From UHGV virus genome UHGV-0386553: DNA of 26,097 nt; one strand, given 5' to 3'. Shown here piece by piece: positions 23,793 to 26,097 of the stretch (the stretch's first letter is position 1; every line of letters starts with the position of its first letter). Under the pieces are notes generated by a model. That model did no database searches and had not been told where the DNA came from. It saw only the letters and a program-made list of their open reading frames with translations. Made by a program: the position numbers and the translations under genes. The stretch comes from a virus.

Positions 23793-23832
23793 AGTATTCA
23801 AAACACATCAAATTCATCATGCATAATCTACT

Positions 23833-23844
23833 CGTGACATGTCA
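23833..23844. repeat. 12-bp perfect palindrome GTGACATGTCAC, copy 2
   Basis: Identical to the copy at 21569-21580; overlaps the stop codon of the 113-aa ORF. Confidence 0.5.
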
Positions 23845-24183
23845 CACTATTAATTTCGTTTCATGCCAGCCTTTAGTCACCCAGCATTGCGAGTCACCAT
23901 TGCACGGGCATGAATTAACTGGAACTCTCTCGCCGCACTTACCGCAACGTTTTCTGCTGATCGATTTTATACGCCCGCGCACGCGTGCATCATCCTGGCG
24001 GATCAGTAACGCTATATACTCACCAAATTCGTAAGGCGCACGCCCGGGGCGACGCGTGGCACAGTTACGCTCCAGCATTTCAATTTCCTGAGCATCAAGC
24101 ACAATTTCCAGCTTACGCACACCAGATGCAGCTTGTCTGGCTCTCTGAGCGGCTTTGCGCTCTGCTGCTGATTTAGCCATCAA
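23842..24183 (-). CDS. Small basic protein with C-terminal Cys cluster (113 aa), possibly DNA-binding
   Basis: C-terminal C-x2-C ... C-P-C ... C motif suggests a zinc ribbon; the N-terminal basic and helical part may be RHH-like (weak). Start overlaps the ASCH gene end. Confidence 0.45.
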   Translation of the reverse strand: MMAKSAAERKAAQRARQAASGVRKLEIVLDAQEIEMLERNCATRRPGRAPYEFGEYIALLIRQDDARVRGRIKSISRKRCGKCGERVPVNSCPCNGDSQCWVTKGWHETKLIV

Positions 24184-24454
24184 TATTTACCTTTATCGCG
24201 AACACATTTACCGGTTTATCGCCGAAGTGCGGATGTGTGATTGTCTTGATTTCATACCCTTCATACGGGACGTCTATTCTACGACTGGAATCGTCGCGCT
24301 TCGGATATCCCTTTGTGATAATCAGGCGGTCATACTTACGGTTAACGAGGCGCTTATTCCAGTAGTCATTACACAAGCGATACTCTTCCGTTTTCTCTCC
24401 GCGAATCATGGCATCGAAGTATTCACCTTTGACTGCAAGTTGCAGGTTAGCCAC
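24173..24454 (-). CDS. ASCH / PUA-like domain protein (93 aa)
   Basis: KGEYFDAMIRGEKTEEYRLCNDYWNKRL...YDRLIITKGYP resembles the ASCH/DUF3850 signature (EYF-.-..-GEKT-E-R). Confidence 0.5.
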   Translation of the reverse strand: MANLQLAVKGEYFDAMIRGEKTEEYRLCNDYWNKRLVNRKYDRLIITKGYPKRDDSSRRIDVPYEGYEIKTITHPHFGDKPVNVFAIKVNIDG

Positions 24455-25259
24455 GGTTAACCTCCTGCGGCGGTTCCGGTAGCGGCATCCAGTCGGTTAC
24501 ATTGCGGCTTTGTGTTTCAAAAAATTCATCACCATTGCGGACAATATCGAAAAACTCACCGTCTCGATATTGCGCATTAAGAACGAATGCGCCATCACAT
24601 AAAATAATTACGTGCTGACCATCCTCGGGCATTCGCTCACTACAGCTTATCCAACCATCCGGAGTTACCGGATAGTTGCCATTTACATCGAAGTTTGGCT
24701 CTGCGTCCTGAACCAGGAGGATGTAACCATTCTTGGCCGTATCAAGTTCTAACGCCTCGGTGACGGTGCCGAAATAGCGATTACCTAAATCAGCATCACA
24801 AGTGCTTACATCAATGGAAACTTCCATGCCTTCGATTAATTCTGCCAAGTTGTAAGCTTGGCTTACAGGTTCGGCTTCCAGTTCTGCTATGCGCTTATTT
24901 GCTGCTTCCAGCTCAACACGCAGCTTCCCTACCGTTAGCGCAATTTCCTCGTTCTCCTGGTCGCGGCGTTTGATGTATTGCTGGTTTCTTTCCCGTTCAT
25001 CCAGAAGCGCCAGCACAGTAGCCGGATTGGCTGCGGCGATGAATTCAGCATTGGCCTGCTGTTCCATTTGGAAATCTTCATAGAAACGGCTTTCTGGATG
25101 CGCTCCTTCAATTCTGCAAATGGGAATATATCCAGCAGCCTCGCGATGAATTAGTGCATCATCACCATCAAATCGACCCTCTCCATATTCGAGCGACCAC
25201 ACACCACACGTTGCTTTCTCTGCCTTTTCACGCAGTGCCTGATAGTCAATCTTGCTCAT
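24447..25259 (-). CDS. Ead/Ea22-like protein with C-terminal DUF551-like domain (270 aa)
   Basis: N-terminus MSKIDYQALREKAEKATCGVW matches the typical Ead/Ea22 start; C-terminal WISCSERMPEDGQHVII...VTDWMPLPEPP matches the DUF551 signature; central coiled coil. Confidence 0.6.
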   Translation of the reverse strand: MSKIDYQALREKAEKATCGVWSLEYGEGRFDGDDALIHREAAGYIPICRIEGAHPESRFYEDFQMEQQANAEFIAAANPATVLALLDERERNQQYIKRRDQENEEIALTVGKLRVELEAANKRIAELEAEPVSQAYNLAELIEGMEVSIDVSTCDADLGNRYFGTVTEALELDTAKNGYILLVQDAEPNFDVNGNYPVTPDGWISCSERMPEDGQHVIILCDGAFVLNAQYRDGEFFDIVRNGDEFFETQSRNVTDWMPLPEPPQEVNRG

Positions 25260-25260
25260 G

Positions 25261-25560
25261 TCACATCACCCTGAATCCGTTGCATTTACGTAAGAAATCG
25301 CAGATATAGCCCTTCATTTTTTCATGCCAATCTCGATCATTCCCATTGCACCAACCATCAGGTGGAGTCCAGTTTTCTATCAGAGCAGCCATTTTCTTTG
25401 CTTTCGCCGGAGTAGCTGTTGCGGTATCGCAGTAATGACGAGTGTCAACCAACGCATCCATACCATCGATATCAAGTACGCAAAACCATGTGTGATTCGG
25501 CATTTCAACAGATGGTATTTGTTGCCCACGTCGACGTTTATCAATAAGACATACAGTCAC
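25261..25560 (-). CDS. Small hypothetical phage protein (99 aa)
   Basis: ORF coupled to neighbours in the same leftward operon (ATGA-type overlap at 25557-25560). Confidence 0.4.
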   Translation of the reverse strand: MTVCLIDKRRRGQQIPSVEMPNHTWFCVLDIDGMDALVDTRHYCDTATATPAKAKKMAALIENWTPPDGWCNGNDRDWHEKMKGYICDFLRKCNGFRVM

Positions 25561-26097
25561 TGGTTGCCTCCTTTGCGAAGCTGTTCAGCAATACTTACGC
25601 ATATCTCTGCGCCTCTAATCAGCCCCGGAACGTTCTTGTTTGGCCCAACTTCACCATCAACAAAATCAATCATCGCGTTACGAGCCATATCCACGCCCTG
25701 CGCCCGTACTTCAGCCAGGAAAGCATCGGTGGCTGGAGTTTCGCTGTGGTGCAGGGCATCGTTGATAATCATTGCAGCAACTCCGGCCTGCCCTGCATCC
25801 GTGACCGACACATGCTCAAGAGTTACAGCCATTGCATGTTTCAGCCCAGCATTCTCCGCCGCCAGCGCTGAAAAGTTCTCGTGTGCCAACTTAACAGCCG
25901 CATCAGCCTGCTTAATTGACTCAATCGCTTTCTGTTGGTCTTCGGCCAGCGCATTAGCACGCACCAGTTGCACTTCCAGTTGCGTTGCCAAATCGCTGAT
26001 CAGCTTTGCCACACTACGCATATCAACGGCGCCACATTCTGCTTTCAGTTCCGAAGCCATCTCATGCCCGGCGGAAGCAAAGAAAATGGCTGCTCTG
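25557..26097 (-). CDS. Ead/Ea22-like coiled-coil protein, possibly N-terminally truncated by the window edge
   Basis: Track ORF 25557..26060 starts at a Met, but the frame stays open upstream to the window end (...RAAIFFASAGHE-MASELK), so the true start is uncertain. Confidence 0.4.
   Translation of the reverse strand, partial: RAAIFFASAGHEMASELKAECGAVDMRSVAKLISDLATQLEVQLVRANALAEDQQKAIESIKQADAAVKLAHENFSALAAENAGLKHAMAVTLEHVSVTDAGQAGVAAMIINDALHHSETPATDAFLAEVRAQGVDMARNAMIDFVDGEVGPNKNVPGLIRGAEICVSIAEQLRKGGNQ

Noticed and set aside
23724-23801. N-terminal 26 residues of the longest terminase small-subunit ORF
   Set aside because: They are encoded by tandem DNA repeats and a terminator hairpin; the Met-Met at 23721-23723 is followed immediately by the conserved small-terminase N-terminal signature.
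1-26097. CRISPR array, integrase, att site, IS element or transposase
   Set aside because: No spaced direct repeats, tyrosine or serine recombinase-like ORF, or terminal inverted repeats with a transposase were seen; the window appears to lie wholly inside the prophage.

Overview
This window is an internal segment of a temperate, podovirus-type enterobacterial prophage; no integrase, att site, CRISPR array or IS element was seen. Almost all genes run leftwards on the minus strand and are tightly coupled by 1-4 nt overlaps. In transcription order they are: a partial Ead/Ea22-like gene, a small ORF, an Ea22/DUF551-like gene, an ASCH-like gene, a small Zn-ribbon protein, terminase small (P27-type) and large subunits, a T7-type portal, scaffold, major capsid, three small virion genes, tail tubular A- and B-like proteins, four internal virion (ejection) proteins of 154, 191, 915 and 1129 aa, a coupled gene for a secreted 283-aa protein, a 4.4 kb accessory island, and the 5' part of the tail-fibre gene. 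Plus-strand inserts are a tRNA-Arg(UCU) unit and a Gp49-like gene between terminase and portal, and inside the island a LexA-box-controlled small gene, a Bro-N protein, a 55+147 aa cassette and a small secreted peptide. The most interesting signals are: (1) a near-consensus LexA box in front of a small gene that is a paralogue of the Bro-N protein C-terminal domain, a candidate SOS-inducible antirepressor; (2) an overlapping two-gene operon whose second gene has YafO-toxin-like motifs and whose first gene is an unrecognised 175-aa partner, a candidate toxin-antitoxin or abortive-infection module; (3) five copies of one operator-like palindrome (ATTACCTTT-N2-GGTAA) on the promoter regions of the accessory units. 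Limits: every functional call is motif recognition by eye and from memory; no database search, HMM or RNA-folding run was done. Manually derived coordinates of small sites may be off by 1-2 nt; CDS ends follow the supplied ORF track, with starts adjusted where an RBS or an upstream regulatory site argued for it.
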